64,000 bases of DNA from Bdellovibrionales bacterium (GTDB lineage: Bacteria; Bdellovibrionota; Bdellovibrionia; Bdellovibrionales; UBA1609): assembly GCA_965200875.1 (NCBI GenBank), contig OZ241456.1, positions 224,001 to 288,000 of the forward strand, read 5' to 3'. A model generated the notes under the pieces. It saw only the letters and a list, made by a program, of their open reading frames with translations, was not told the origin of the DNA and searched no databases. Below, in pieces: positions 10,060-21,233 of the stretch; position 1 is the stretch's first letter; each line of letters begins with the position of its first letter. A program made the translations under genes and the position numbers.

Positions 10060-10847
10060 GTAAAAAATGCTTTGTCGTTTTATTATTGATTTTTTCCGGG
10101 AAAACGGAGGCTTATATTCCCTCTTACTCTCTTATCCTCTCTCATTTGGCCTATTTCCAGGGAAAAGGCGGGTATCGTATCGAACAGGAGCTTTTCTTTA
10201 AAGGTGCCAGGCCTTTTTCTTTAAAGGAGATATGGTGGATAAAAGATCCAAATTATATTCGTCTGGATGTAAAATCCGCTCAAAAAGAAAAGCTTTATTT
10301 TCGATTTATTTATGAGAAAAACAAAAAATGGTTTAAGGATGAGAAAGGGCGTCTTAAAAATCAGCTCATTTCTTATTATCATTTGGAAAGACCTTTTCAT
10401 TTAAGAAGTGCAAGAGAACTTGGGAAACTTTTTTCTTTTTGGAAAGTGGCTCCCTTTCCGCCGGCGGAGAGAAAACCAGGTGTCGGGTTTGAGCCTTTTT
10501 TACGGCTCAGCCGAAAAGGGGGGGTGATTCAGTATGAGACAGGTCTTGGAAAAGCGCGGGTTTGGGTGGAACAGGATGAATTTGTGATTCGCTCTTGGAA
10601 ATGGAGCACAGGAGAAACTTTAATGGCCTGGAATTATAGACTTTACCCCGGCCATTTCTTTTTTCCCTCAAAAAGGCTTTTTACTCAAAATGCCACAGAA
10701 ACGGAAATACAGGTTAAAAAAGTACAAAGTTTGAAGCTTACAAAAAAAACTTTTCGGAAAACCCAGCTTCTGCCAAATGTATTGGATCCTGAGCTAACTT
10801 CCATTGTCCAAGAAAGAATGCGTGAGTTTTATGGAAAGTTCAGATAA
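10056..10847 (+). CDS. Exported hypothetical protein (possibly LolA-like fold)
   Basis: Signal peptide ending TEA-YIP; beta-rich pattern. Confidence 0.6.
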   Translation: MSKKCFVVLLLIFSGKTEAYIPSYSLILSHLAYFQGKGGYRIEQELFFKGARPFSLKEIWWIKDPNYIRLDVKSAQKEKLYFRFIYEKNKKWFKDEKGRLKNQLISYYHLERPFHLRSARELGKLFSFWKVAPFPPAERKPGVGFEPFLRLSRKGGVIQYETGLGKARVWVEQDEFVIRSWKWSTGETLMAWNYRLYPGHFFFPSKRLFTQNATETEIQVKKVQSLKLTKKTFRKTQLLPNVLDPELTSIVQERMREFYGKFR

Positions 10848-10864
10848 CTTTTTTTAATGGAGGA

Positions 10865-12877
10865 GTGAATAAAATGCTTCCGCTATCCTCTTCGAAAGCC
10901 TCTTTAAAAACATATCACTATGAGGTGGCTTTGCCGTTGGCTTTGAATAAAAATTTAATCTATGCCTCCTCTGAGGTTTTTGAGCTAGGCACAAGTGTAT
11001 TTGTGCGTTTAAAAAACCAGAAAATGAGAGGGGTGGTTTTAAGGGGTAATGATGTAAAAGAAAAATCTTTTAAAGTAAAACCCATTTTATCGCGTGATGA
11101 GAGTCGGGAAACTCTCTCCCCTTCCCGTTTGAAATGGTTGTTATGGCTTTCGGAATATTATCAGCATAGTCCGGGAATGGTGATTCATTTAAGTTTTCCT
11201 CCTCCTGGAAAAACTATTTCCAAGGTTTCTTCTCTACCAGAGAAAGAAAGTTCAAAATCACCTTTTTTATCTGTTAAAAAAAATACTTTAACAGCTGAGC
11301 AGAAAAACTGTCTTCAGCAAATTCAACAATACCCGGAAAATCAATTTCGGACACATCTTTTGCACGGAGTGACGGGTTCGGGGAAAACGGAGATTTATTT
11401 TCATTTGATTGAACCAGCTTTAAGGCAGGGCAAAAGTGTTTTGGTATTGGTGCCGGAAATTGCTCTTACTCCACAACATATAAAGAGGTTTTCCCTTCGT
11501 TTTCCAGATCTTGTAGCTTGTTTTCATTCCGGCCTGAGTCCAAAAGAAAAACGTTTTCAGTGGAAGGACTTGTTAAAAGGAAGAAAAAAAATTCTCATAG
11601 GTCCTCGTTCAGCTCTTTTTTGCCCTCTGCCGGACATGGCATGGATTATTGTGGATGAGGAGCATGAATCTCATTTCAAGCAGGAGGAGAAGTTAAAGTA
11701 TCATGCTAGGGATTCTGCGGTTTACTTGGGGAAATGTTTGAATATTCCAGTGGTTTTGGCTTCTGCTACACCCAGTCTGGAAAGCTGGCAAAATGTCCGT
11801 CTCGGAAAATATGTGTATCATGGTTTGAAAAAAAGAGTCTTCAACACGCCTCTTCCGCAAGTGGAAGTGGTGGATATGAAAAAAACAAAAAATCAATTTC
11901 TTCCCTTCTGGTTAAGTGAGGAGCTTTATCAGGCTCTTAAGTCTGCTTTGAAAAACCAAGAACAATCGGCTTTGTTTTTAAATCGCCGAGGGGAAAGTTC
12001 TTATGTGTTTTGTTCGGTTTGCGGGAAATGTTTTTCCTGTGCCAACTGCGATATTTCCCTGACTCAACATCAGGAGTCTCATCTGCTTTGCCATTACTGT
12101 GGCTTTCGGGAGGAAAAGCCCTCTTTTTGTCCGGATTGTGGGGCTGAAAAAATTTTTTCTTTCGGAGTGGGTACAGCCTCTTTACAAAAAGACCTGAAAA
12201 ATCTCTTTCCTAAAGCTCGCATTCAGAGGGCGGATCGGGATGAAGTGAAAACCCATAAAGAATGGGAATCAGTCCTTTTACGGGTGGAAAAAAGAGAAGT
12301 GGATATTATTGTAGGCACTCAAATGATAGCCAAGGGCCTGGACTTTCCTCACTTGAATTTAGTGGGATTTATTCTGGCAGATCAGGGTTTGAATTGGCCT
12401 GACTTTCGATCTGCGGAAAAAAGCTTTCATCTGCTCACTCAGATGACAGGTCGGTCCGGTAGAAGGAAAAAAATGGGGCAGGCACTTTTACAGAGCTATA
12501 ACCCCTCTCACTGGGTGATAAAAGCCATGAAGAAAGGAAGTTATGAGGAGTTTGCAGAAGAAGAGCTGAAATACAGAAAAAAACACCTGTATCCCCCTTT
12601 TGGAAAACTTTCTTTGGTGCGTGCAGAGGCACTTTCTGCCTCAAAGGCTTATCAGTCCGCTTTGAAAGTTCGGGATCATTTAAAGAATCTGAAGGGTCTT
12701 ACCATCCTGGGACCTGCCCCCGCGCCCCATTTTCGCTTAAGAAACAAATACCGCTATCATCTGCTTTTGAAAAGTGTTGATTCTTCAAAGATAAAACAGG
12801 CAGGGTTAATGATACAGGAGATAAACCCATCTCGGGTGCGGATTTCCGTTAACAGGGATCCGGTTTATATGTTTTAA
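10865..12877 (+). CDS. priA: Primosomal protein N' (replication restart helicase)
   Basis: HGVTGSGKTEIY, VPEIALTPQ, DEEHE, SATPS, four CxxC zinc knuckles, GTQMIAKGLDFP. Confidence 0.96.
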   Translation: MNKMLPLSSSKASLKTYHYEVALPLALNKNLIYASSEVFELGTSVFVRLKNQKMRGVVLRGNDVKEKSFKVKPILSRDESRETLSPSRLKWLLWLSEYYQHSPGMVIHLSFPPPGKTISKVSSLPEKESSKSPFLSVKKNTLTAEQKNCLQQIQQYPENQFRTHLLHGVTGSGKTEIYFHLIEPALRQGKSVLVLVPEIALTPQHIKRFSLRFPDLVACFHSGLSPKEKRFQWKDLLKGRKKILIGPRSALFCPLPDMAWIIVDEEHESHFKQEEKLKYHARDSAVYLGKCLNIPVVLASATPSLESWQNVRLGKYVYHGLKKRVFNTPLPQVEVVDMKKTKNQFLPFWLSEELYQALKSALKNQEQSALFLNRRGESSYVFCSVCGKCFSCANCDISLTQHQESHLLCHYCGFREEKPSFCPDCGAEKIFSFGVGTASLQKDLKNLFPKARIQRADRDEVKTHKEWESVLLRVEKREVDIIVGTQMIAKGLDFPHLNLVGFILADQGLNWPDFRSAEKSFHLLTQMTGRSGRRKKMGQALLQSYNPSHWVIKAMKKGSYEEFAEEELKYRKKHLYPPFGKLSLVRAEALSASKAYQSALKVRDHLKNLKGLTILGPAPAPHFRLRNKYRYHLLLKSVDSSKIKQAGLMIQEINPSRVRISVNRDPVYMF

Positions 12878-13004
12878 ACAGGTGCTCGATGGAGCTTTTT
12901 TTAAAATTTTGTTGCGTTTTCTGTAAAAAACATGATAACTCTCAAGTTTACACAGATTTTTTTACGGGCGGTTGATTCGTCTGTTTAAAACCGGGAAATA
13001 CATA

Positions 13005-13946
13005 ATGCAAACTGATTTGAATATAAAAAATATGCTTTCCGCCGGAGTTCACTTTGGCCATCAAATTCAAAGATGGAATCCGAAAATGAAACCTTATGTT
13101 TATACTTCCAAGGGAGGTATTCATATTATTGATTTGCAAAAAACCTTGGTGTTTGCCAAAAAGGCTTTGAAATTTGTGGAATCTGTAACAGCAAAAGGTG
13201 GCACTTTTATTTTTGTGGGTACCAAAAAACAGGCAATCTCTCTTGTTCGTTCCTCAGCTGTGGAAGCCGGCCAGTTTTATGTCACTAAGCGGTGGCTTGG
13301 GGGCACTTTAACCAATTTTCAAACGATTAAAGTCAGTGTCGATCGCATGAAAAAAATTGACCAAATGAGGGAAAGAGGGGACCTAGAACCTTTTTCCAAA
13401 AAAGAACGGGCAGGAATTGAAAAAGAATATGATCGTCTTAATAATTATTTGGAAGGCATCCGGGACATGAAGAAAAACCCTTCTGCTTTGTTTGTAGTGG
13501 ATATTAACCGGGAAAGCATTGCTGTTGCAGAAGCCCGCCGTTTAAATATTCCTGTGGTGGCTTTAGTGGATACCAACTGTGATCCAGGACAAATCGATTA
13601 CCCCATCCCCGGAAATGACGACGCCACCCGTTCCATAGAATTTTTTGTTAATTTAGTAAAGCAGGCCTGTATGGAAGGTCAAAAAAAATGGACTCAAAAT
13701 CTCAGGCAAAAAACTGGCTCTGCAAAAAAGGAAAGCTCCAAAAAAACTTTGCACCGCTTAACCTCCTTAGAAAAACCTAGTAAAAAAGCGGAAGGTGGTG
13801 ATGACGGTCCCACAGTAGTAAAGGTGTTTAAAGCCAAAACCCGGAAACTGGTGGCAGCCGGGACAGCAGAGGATGTGGAAATTTCTATGGAATTGGAAGA
13901 AAAAAAACTTCTTAAAGAAAGCAAACCCCCCACTCAGGAAAAATGA
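13005..13946 (+). CDS. rpsB: 30S ribosomal protein S2 with long C-terminal extension
   Basis: AGVHFGHQ..RWNPKM, RWLGGTLTN, DTNCDP, PGNDDA; ATG at 13005 preferred. Confidence 0.97.
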   Translation: MQTDLNIKNMLSAGVHFGHQIQRWNPKMKPYVYTSKGGIHIIDLQKTLVFAKKALKFVESVTAKGGTFIFVGTKKQAISLVRSSAVEAGQFYVTKRWLGGTLTNFQTIKVSVDRMKKIDQMRERGDLEPFSKKERAGIEKEYDRLNNYLEGIRDMKKNPSALFVVDINRESIAVAEARRLNIPVVALVDTNCDPGQIDYPIPGNDDATRSIEFFVNLVKQACMEGQKKWTQNLRQKTGSAKKESSKKTLHRLTSLEKPSKKAEGGDDGPTVVKVFKAKTRKLVAAGTAEDVEISMELEEKKLLKESKPPTQEK

Positions 13947-14629
13947 AAGGTCTTAAGAAAATGAGTGTTATGGAAATTAAAAATTTAAGAGCCAAAACCG
14001 GAGCAGGAGTGTTGGATTGTAAGGAAGCCCTTAAGGAATCCGGGCAGGATTTGAACAAAGCTTTGGAATGGCTTAAAAAAAGAGGCTTGGCACGGGCAGA
14101 AAAAAAAGCTTTCAGGGAGGCTAAAGAGGGAAAAGTGGCCTCTTATTTGCACGGAGAAGGCCGGATTGGTGTGCTGGTGGAAGTTAATGTGGAAACAGAC
14201 TTTGCTGCGCGATCAGAAGATTTTAAAACCTTTGCCCATCAGCTTTGTCTTCATATAACGGCTTTGAATCCGCTCTTTATCACCCGGGACGAAGTGCCTG
14301 AGCTTATACAAAAAAAAGAAGAAAATATCTTTCGTGAGCAGGCTCAACGGGAAGGAAAAAAAAGTTCCGTGCTGGATAAAATAGTGGAAGGCCGGATGAA
14401 TAAGTGGTTTTCTGAAACTTGTTTGGAAGAGCAGATTTTTTTAATCAGTGCACAAACGGAGCATCCTAAAACTGTGAAAGAATGTGTGAAGGATATGATT
14501 GCCAAATTAGGGGAAAATGTGGTCATTCGCCGGTTTCAGCGGTTTGAACTGGGAGAGGAAATATCAAAAAATCCAAATATCAAACAACCCCCGGGGGGGA
14601 TAAGTACTTCAGGTACAAGAGAATTTTAG
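13943..14629 (+). CDS. tsf: Elongation factor Ts
   Basis: [32 protein letters not shown]; follows rpsB. Confidence 0.96.
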   Translation: MKGLKKMSVMEIKNLRAKTGAGVLDCKEALKESGQDLNKALEWLKKRGLARAEKKAFREAKEGKVASYLHGEGRIGVLVEVNVETDFAARSEDFKTFAHQLCLHITALNPLFITRDEVPELIQKKEENIFREQAQREGKKSSVLDKIVEGRMNKWFSETCLEEQIFLISAQTEHPKTVKECVKDMIAKLGENVVIRRFQRFELGEEISKNPNIKQPPGGISTSGTREF

Positions 14630-14654
14630 GGGAAATGAGTGGAGAGGTTTTAAG

Positions 14655-15371
14655 TTGAGCCAGCCCAGGTACAAGAGAATTTTAGTGAAAATCAGTGGAG
14701 AAGTTCTTAGCGGAAAGAAAAGTTTTGGCATTCACTACCCCACTTTGTCGCGTTTAGCGGAAGAGCTTATGGAAGTTCATCAGCTGAAAGTGCAGATTGC
14801 TTTAGTGGTGGGAGGGGGAAACATATTTCGGGGCATGTCGTCCCATGAGTCCCAGGGAATAGACAGAGCCACTTCCGATTACATGGGGATGCTGGCCACC
14901 TGTATTAATAGCCTAGCTCTTCAATCCGCTCTGGAAAAAAAAGGAGTGGAAACTCGTGTGCAGACTGCTTTACCGGTTTCTGAAGTGGCCGAACCTTATA
15001 TTCGCCGTAAAGCCCTTCGTCATTTAAAAAAGGATCGTATTGTTATTTTCTCTGCGGGCACGGGGAATCCTTATTTTACGACAGATACGGCGGCTGCTCT
15101 CAGAGCTATGGAAATGGATGTGAATATTTTGTTAAAAGCCACAAAAGTAGATGGAGTGTATGCAGAAGATCCGGAAAAAAATAAAAACTCCAAAAAATAT
15201 GACAAATTAAAGTATATTGATGTTTTAAACAAAGGTCTTAAAATTATGGACTCTACGGCCATAAGCCTTTGTATGGATAATCAAATGCCTCTGATTGCTT
15301 TTAATTTGAGAAAAAAGGGCAATATTGCCCGTATCGTAAAAGGGGAAAAAGTGGGGACTCTCATTCATTGA
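14655..15371 (+). CDS. pyrH: UMP kinase
   Basis: [38 protein letters not shown]. Confidence 0.97.
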   Translation: MSQPRYKRILVKISGEVLSGKKSFGIHYPTLSRLAEELMEVHQLKVQIALVVGGGNIFRGMSSHESQGIDRATSDYMGMLATCINSLALQSALEKKGVETRVQTALPVSEVAEPYIRRKALRHLKKDRIVIFSAGTGNPYFTTDTAAALRAMEMDVNILLKATKVDGVYAEDPEKNKNSKKYDKLKYIDVLNKGLKIMDSTAISLCMDNQMPLIAFNLRKKGNIARIVKGEKVGTLIH

Positions 15372-15387
15372 GAGAAGGAAGTATAAA

Positions 15388-15948
15388 ATGGAAATGGGAG
15401 AAATTAAAACAGAAACGCAAGCCCGAATGCAAAAAGCCTTTCAGCATATTCAGGATAAAGTGAAAAAAATGCGCACAGGTTCTGCACATAGCTCGCTTTT
15501 AGAGGGAGTAAAGGTGCAATCTTACGGAAGTGAACAGGAGCTTAAGCATATAGCGTCCATTGCCTGCCCGGATGCTCGATCTCTTGTGATTTCCCCGTGG
15601 GATCAAAACACTTTAAAAGATATTGAATCCGCGCTTTTAAAAACGGACTTGGGTATAACTCCTCAAAGGGATGGAAAGGTAATCCGGTTAAAAGTGCCGG
15701 AGCTTACAGAGGAAAGAAGAGAGGAGTTAATAAAGGCTTTTAAAAAGGATGTGGAAAAATCCCGAGTGGAGTTTCGGCAAATTCGAAAAATAATGAATGA
15801 GAAAGTGAGAAAAGCCTTGAAGGAAAAGCTTATTGGTGAAGATATAGCAAAAGACACTGAAGCAGATATTCAGGAGTTAACAGATCAATTTATTAAAAAA
15901 GTAAATGAGCTTTCCGAAAAAAAACAAAAAGAACTGTTGCAAGTTTAA
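15388..15948 (+). CDS. frr: Ribosome recycling factor
   Basis: RTGSA, ISPWD, PELTEERR; conserved position after pyrH. Confidence 0.95.
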   Translation: MEMGEIKTETQARMQKAFQHIQDKVKKMRTGSAHSSLLEGVKVQSYGSEQELKHIASIACPDARSLVISPWDQNTLKDIESALLKTDLGITPQRDGKVIRLKVPELTEERREELIKAFKKDVEKSRVEFRQIRKIMNEKVRKALKEKLIGEDIAKDTEADIQELTDQFIKKVNELSEKKQKELLQV

Positions 15949-16666
15949 ACTCCCGCCGGATTTTCAGCATTTAGCGGTTATCATGGATGGTAACGGGCGT
16001 TGGGCCAAGCAAAAAGGCTGGCCTCGTTATTTCGGGCATTTTCGTGGCGTAAAGTCTCTTTGGAAAACCGTTAAAAATTGTTCCCGCTTTGGTATCCCTT
16101 ATTTGACTGTGTTTGCGTTTAGTACGGAAAATTGGAAACGATCTTCTAAGGAAATATCTGTTATTATGAAGTTGATTCAACGAGCACTTTTCAAATACAA
16201 AAAGGATTTGGATCGTTATCAAATTCGCCTCAGGATTTTAGGGGATTTAGAGGAATTAAGTCTCTCAGTCCGGGAGCTTTTTGATAGCATGGTGGATCAG
16301 ACCAAAAACAACAAAGGGCTTCAGTTAATAGTGGCGGTGAATTACGGAGGCCGAAGAGAAATCATTAAGGCTGTGCAATCTATGGTTGATAAAGTAAAAG
16401 CCGGACAAGTAAAATCAGAGGATATAAATGAAAAGAGCTTTTCTGAATGTCTTTCTTCCTCTTTGTTTCCACCTCCAGACATGATTATCAGGACAGGAGA
16501 TGTTAGCCGACTTTCCAACTTTTATTTATGGAGTGCCGCTTATTCCGAAATTTATGTGACACCTGTTTTATGGCCGGAGTTTAACGAAGAAGAGCTTGAG
16601 CGGGCCTTAAAGTTTTATGCGAACACTCAGAGGAGGTTTGGAGCTGTGCCCTTGGAAAGCGAATAA
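15905..16666 (+). CDS. uppS: Undecaprenyl diphosphate synthase
   Basis: HLAVIMDGNGRWA, FSTENWKR, NYGGR, IRTG..RLSNF. Confidence 0.95.
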   Translation: MSFPKKNKKNCCKFKLPPDFQHLAVIMDGNGRWAKQKGWPRYFGHFRGVKSLWKTVKNCSRFGIPYLTVFAFSTENWKRSSKEISVIMKLIQRALFKYKKDLDRYQIRLRILGDLEELSLSVRELFDSMVDQTKNNKGLQLIVAVNYGGRREIIKAVQSMVDKVKAGQVKSEDINEKSFSECLSSSLFPPPDMIIRTGDVSRLSNFYLWSAAYSEIYVTPVLWPEFNEEELERALKFYANTQRRFGAVPLESE

Positions 16667-17595
16667 TGAAATCCAATAACTTTATTTTAAGAATCCTAAC
16701 TTCCCTGGGGCTGATAGCTGTTTTGAGCTTGGCATGGGTGGGACTTCCGAAAGCCGGAATGTTTTTTCTGGTATCTTTTTTCGTAGCCGTTTTGATTTGG
16801 GAATATTATAAACTGGTGTTTTACAAGCAATTTTCTAAGAGGATTTTCGGGCTGTTTTTTTTGGTGGTGTTTGGTTTTTACCTGTTTTTTATGTCACCTT
16901 TGTTTTTTTCGTTTTTGAGCCAGCCCAGGGCCGGGAATAAAGGATTTTTTCTACTTTCCTTTTATGGCTTGTTGGTTATAGGTTTTTGGGGATTTTACCT
17001 GTATCAGGCTCGTTTAAGAAAGTTTGAAAAACTAGGCTTGGGTCTGAGGGGAGGGTCTTCCCGGAAAGATCTCATCTGGCAGATAGGCTCTGTAATATCT
17101 GAAAAAAAGATATTTTTTGGTTTTTTAGCTTTGTTCTATATAGCTTTTCCCGCGGGATGGTTTTTGAATGTGTTTTTTAGAAGGGAAGAGCACTCGAATA
17201 TTTTGCTGGTGATTTTAAGCCTTGTTTTTGTGGGAGATATTTTTGCTTATATGGGAGGTCGGATTTTAAAAGGAAAAAAATGGGTACCTTTTCTTTCACC
17301 TAAGAAAACTTGGTCTGGTTTATGTTGCGGTTTAGGGGGGAGTGCTTTTACAAGCGGGCTTGGGTTTTCCTTGATAAACGGCAGTTTTTCCTTGTTTTTT
17401 CTCTATTTTTTATTTGGGGCTTTTGGTTTTTTACTGGCTCAAACTGGGGATTTGTTTGCTTCTTTGTTGAAGAGGCGGGCTGGGGTTAAGGATAGTGGTT
17501 CTCTTTTGCCGGGACATGGTGGCGTGTTGGATCGCCTAGATGGTTTTTTACTGGCTTTCCCTTGCGTGTATTTTTTTGTAAGTGGGTTTGTTTAA
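16666..17595 (+). CDS. cdsA: Phosphatidate cytidylyltransferase
   Basis: SPKKTWSG, GDLFASLLKRRAGVKDSG.LLPGHGGVLDRLD. Confidence 0.95.
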   Translation: MKSNNFILRILTSLGLIAVLSLAWVGLPKAGMFFLVSFFVAVLIWEYYKLVFYKQFSKRIFGLFFLVVFGFYLFFMSPLFFSFLSQPRAGNKGFFLLSFYGLLVIGFWGFYLYQARLRKFEKLGLGLRGGSSRKDLIWQIGSVISEKKIFFGFLALFYIAFPAGWFLNVFFRREEHSNILLVILSLVFVGDIFAYMGGRILKGKKWVPFLSPKKTWSGLCCGLGGSAFTSGLGFSLINGSFSLFFLYFLFGAFGFLLAQTGDLFASLLKRRAGVKDSGSLLPGHGGVLDRLDGFLLAFPCVYFFVSGFV

Positions 17596-17630
17596 AGCGT
17601 CTGGATTTTCCCCTTTAAAGGGATTGTTTT

Positions 17631-17660
17631 TTGACTTTTTTCGCCGGGCTTTGCTATAGT
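17631..17660 (+). promoter_or_regulatory. Putative sigma70 promoter for rseP
   Basis: TTGACT-N18-TATAGT with extended -10 TG. Confidence 0.5.
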
Positions 17661-17755
17661 TCAGGATGTTCATAGTAAATATTCTTATGACCCATCCGCA
17701 GGGGAGAATGGACAAACCAAAGTGGATAGGGCTGTTCTTTCGGAGTGTGTAAAAA

Positions 17756-19432
17756 GTGTCTTTTTTCGTAAATGTGTTTTTTTCCATAACCGGAGTACTC
17801 ACTTCTCTTTTTCCGTTCGTGGTTTTGCTGGGAATATTGGTTTTTATCCATGAGTTTGGTCATTTTATAACGGCTCGTTTGTGCGGAGTAAGAGTAGAGG
17901 TGTTTAGCCTAGGTTTTGGAAAGAAGCTTTTAAAATGGAAAAGAGGAGATACGGTTTATTGTGTGAGCCTTTTCCCCTTAGGGGGATATGTAAAAATGTT
18001 TGGCCATGAATATGAAAAAGAGATAGAGGAAAAAGAAAAACCTTTTGCTTTTCTTCATAAAAAACTCTGGCAGAAAACATTAATTGTTCTGGCCGGGCCT
18101 TTGATGAATTTTTTTCTGGCGGGTTTTATTTTTGCTGGGCTTAGCATGGCAGTGGGGGAAAGAACAATAGAACCAGTGATAGGAGAAGTGAAGCCGGATT
18201 CTCAAGCCGGAAAAGCTGGCCTAGCTTATGGTGATCATATTATCTCCATTGATAAAGTTCCGGTAAAACGAATAAAAGATGTAAATAGCCTAGTTTTTAA
18301 AAAACCAAATGCGGTGTTGAGTCTAAAAGTGAAGACCCTAAACGGGGAAACACAAATAAAGCAAGTTTCCTCTACTGCGGGAAAAACACATGGTAAGTGG
18401 GGCTTTCTGGAAACAGGCGGGGTTATTGAAGGGCTTGAATTTTCCACAGCAATGGCTGGAGTGGGGGTTTTTGATCCCCTAAAACCTGCGGGCAAAGCGG
18501 GTTTAAAAACTTTTGATAAAATTTTATCTGTGAATGGAGAAAAAATCAAAAGCCGAAAAGAGCTGTTTGATCGATTGAGCCATCCTCCTTTAGATGATCC
18601 GGATTTTTCCTGGGAAATGAAAATTCAAAGAGGGGCAGAGGAAAAAACTTTAACTCTTCAAAAACCCCGGAATTATAAAACAGATGTTTCTCTTTTGGGC
18701 TTAGCTCCTGTGGAACTATTTATTGCGGATTTGAGGAAAGGGGGGGCAGCAGAAAAAGCTGGGCTTAGGAAAGGGGATTTTCTTTTTAAGGTAGATGGAA
18801 AAGCCATTACCAGCTGGTCTTTTTTCGCAAAGGAAATTAAAAATTTTAAAGAAGAAAACGGCGCTTTGAATTTGGAAATCATAAGAGAAGGGAAAAAACT
18901 TTCTTTTTCCGTTACACCAGAAATAAAAATGCAGATTATCAACGGTGTGGAAAAAAAAGATTATATGTTGGGTGTTGTGGCTCAGCCCTTTTATGGATTT
19001 TCCGGCGAGGTGAATTTTGAAAAACAAAAAAATCCCTTAAACGCCTTGGCCGTGGGTTTTGGCAAAACATTTCACTGGTGTGCCATTGTGGGGATTTTTA
19101 TCGGGAAACTTGTTACAGGAAAAATTTCCAGAAGGACTCTGGGAGGTGCTATCTCCATAGGAAGAGAAGCTTATAACAGTTATTCATACGGCTTGACGCA
19201 TTTTTTCAGTCTCATGGCTATTTTGTCCGTTCAGCTTTTTTTGCTCAATATTTTGCCGATCCCTCTTTTAGATGGAGGACACTTATTTTTTTATGCGGTC
19301 GAGTTTTTTAATGGCGCGCCTCTCAGTATGAAAAAAATGATAATCGTTCAAAAAGTGGGACTTTTATTCTTATTGTTTTTATTGATATTTACGACTTTTA
19401 ATGATTTGCATAATTGGCTTTTTGTTTGGTAA
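17756..19432 (+). CDS. rseP: RIP metalloprotease RseP with multiple PDZ domains
   Basis: HEFGH, PLGGYVKM, AGPLMN, NILPIPLLDGG; about three PDZ-like AG.AGL..GD units. Confidence 0.94.
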   Translation: MSFFVNVFFSITGVLTSLFPFVVLLGILVFIHEFGHFITARLCGVRVEVFSLGFGKKLLKWKRGDTVYCVSLFPLGGYVKMFGHEYEKEIEEKEKPFAFLHKKLWQKTLIVLAGPLMNFFLAGFIFAGLSMAVGERTIEPVIGEVKPDSQAGKAGLAYGDHIISIDKVPVKRIKDVNSLVFKKPNAVLSLKVKTLNGETQIKQVSSTAGKTHGKWGFLETGGVIEGLEFSTAMAGVGVFDPLKPAGKAGLKTFDKILSVNGEKIKSRKELFDRLSHPPLDDPDFSWEMKIQRGAEEKTLTLQKPRNYKTDVSLLGLAPVELFIADLRKGGAAEKAGLRKGDFLFKVDGKAITSWSFFAKEIKNFKEENGALNLEIIREGKKLSFSVTPEIKMQIINGVEKKDYMLGVVAQPFYGFSGEVNFEKQKNPLNALAVGFGKTFHWCAIVGIFIGKLVTGKISRRTLGGAISIGREAYNSYSYGLTHFFSLMAILSVQLFLLNILPIPLLDGGHLFFYAVEFFNGAPLSMKKMIIVQKVGLLFLLFLLIFTTFNDLHNWLFVW

Positions 19433-19542
19433 ACGGCTTTGATTGAAGGAGAGGGGGAGACTTTTCTTCCAGTCTTGTTTTTATCAAGCCCCCTTCCCTG
19501 CGTGTGCTCTCGTGAAAAACCAAGTCCCGGATTTGATATATT

Positions 19543-20238
19543 ATGAGTCGGAAGTTTTGTTTTTTAGTGGAAACCACCAGTCCTAAAGGTTCTTTAGGCT
19601 TATATTCTTTTCAGGAAAGAGGTATTCAACCCATAGAGGTTAAAACCTGGGAAGGCTCTGCTCATAGTGCTTTAATCACTTCCGCGTTTGAATCTCTCTT
19701 AAAAATTTTTCAGGATTTAAACCCCACTTTAAACAAAAAGGCTTTTTTGGCCTTAGGGGCTGGGCCTGGTCGGTTTACAGGTGTGCGAGTGGGGGTAAGT
19801 TTTGCTAGGACCGTGGGTTTTGCCTTAAATCTGCCTTTATATCCGGTTTCTTCTCTGAAAATTCTAGCGGAATCTCAAAAGGGGGAGGAAAAACCCATTT
19901 TAGTTTTATTGAATGCTTTTAAGAATAGTTTGTATATGGCTCTTTATCGCCGGAAAAATTCTTTAATGGAGGAGTTGATCCCTCCTTGCGTGGTTTTGGC
20001 CCGGGATTTACCGGAAAAAATTAAAACAAAATGTATTTGCGTGGGGGACGGATACAAAGCTTATAAAGATATTTTCCCATCAGAACTAAAGGGCTACTTA
20101 GAGATAAAGGAAAATATTTTTCCACACACAAAATATCTGGCTGATTTTTTGCAAAGGGAGTTTGATGTTTCCGGCCTTATTTCCTGGAAAAAGCTTAAGC
20201 CAGTTTATTTAAGATCGCCCGTGAGGCTTGTAATATGA
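19543..20238 (+). CDS. tsaB: tRNA threonylcarbamoyladenosine biosynthesis protein TsaB
   Basis: VETT, GPGRFTGVRVG, VSSL, VGDG, PVYLR. Confidence 0.9.
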   Translation: MSRKFCFLVETTSPKGSLGLYSFQERGIQPIEVKTWEGSAHSALITSAFESLLKIFQDLNPTLNKKAFLALGAGPGRFTGVRVGVSFARTVGFALNLPLYPVSSLKILAESQKGEEKPILVLLNAFKNSLYMALYRRKNSLMEELIPPCVVLARDLPEKIKTKCICVGDGYKAYKDIFPSELKGYLEIKENIFPHTKYLADFLQREFDVSGLISWKKLKPVYLRSPVRLVI

Positions 20239-21227
20239 AAAAATCTTATTTTCAAGTAGTAGTTCCGCGGGCAAGCGAAGGCCAGAGGTTGGATATGTTT
20301 CTTTCTCCTTATATGTCTAGCCGGTCCAGTGCAGATAGCGTAATCAGAGAAGAACTGGTGAAAATCAAAAAATCCGGGAAATATTTTGCTATTCTAAAAC
20401 CTTCCCACAAAGTGAAAGCCGGCGAATTTTATAGGGTTTCTTTTCCTAAAAAAGACATTTTTCCGCCAAAAGTTCTTAAGCCTTATGATTATAAAATTCC
20501 GATTTTGTATGAAGACGAGCAGGTATTGGTGATAAATAAGCCTGCGGGAATAGTTGTGCATCCTAGTCCCGGACATGAGCAGGATACGGTGATAAACGCT
20601 TTGCTGGAAAAAGTGAGTTTATCCCCCGGTGTGGATCCTTTAAGACCCGGAGTGGTGCATCGTTTGGATAAAGATGTAAGCGGTTTGATGCTTTTAAGCA
20701 AAACCAAAGTCGCAGAAGAGTTTTTGATAGAGCAATTTAAGCATAAAAAAGTCAGGAGACTTTATCGTGCTTTGGCTTTGGGAAAGGTCAGACAAAAAAC
20801 CTCCACCTGTGTCAGTTTTATAGGGCGTCATCCCAGAAATCGGAAAAAATTTTGTTCTTTTAAAGAAGAAGTGGCAGGATCTCGAAGAGCTGTTGCCCAT
20901 TATCGAGTGCTGGAGTCCTTTCAGGGTAAAATTCATCATATTGAATGCGAATTGGAGACAGGCCGGACTCATCAAATCCGGGTGCAGTTAAGTGATATGG
21001 GTCTACCGGTCTTGGGAGAGGAGCTTTATTCTTCCCGCCGTTTTCAAAGGAGGGTTTTAAATGAGTTTTCTTTAAAAAAAAATACATTTTCCTTTAAACG
21101 ACTCGCGCTTTATTCTGCTTTTTTGACATTTATTCATCCAATAGGCGGTAAGAGAGTTTCTTTTTCTGTGGATTGGCCGGAGGAATTACATTTTTTAATG
21201 GAGCAGTTATTATTTAATTTGAATTAA
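20235..21227 (+). CDS. rluD: RluA/RluD family pseudouridine synthase
   Basis: S4 domain RLD, NKPAGIVVHP, HRLDKDVSG, ETGRTHQIRV. Confidence 0.85.
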   Translation: MKKSYFQVVVPRASEGQRLDMFLSPYMSSRSSADSVIREELVKIKKSGKYFAILKPSHKVKAGEFYRVSFPKKDIFPPKVLKPYDYKIPILYEDEQVLVINKPAGIVVHPSPGHEQDTVINALLEKVSLSPGVDPLRPGVVHRLDKDVSGLMLLSKTKVAEEFLIEQFKHKKVRRLYRALALGKVRQKTSTCVSFIGRHPRNRKKFCSFKEEVAGSRRAVAHYRVLESFQGKIHHIECELETGRTHQIRVQLSDMGLPVLGEELYSSRRFQRRVLNEFSLKKNTFSFKRLALYSAFLTFIHPIGGKRVSFSVDWPEELHFLMEQLLFNLN

Positions 21228-21233
21228 AATATT

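Noticed and set aside
17666..17755. Short in-frame upstream ORF and hairpin (17691-17731) before rseP
   Set aside because: No convincing SD, no similarity to dxr or RseP N-termini and only modest pairing; not distinguishable from chance
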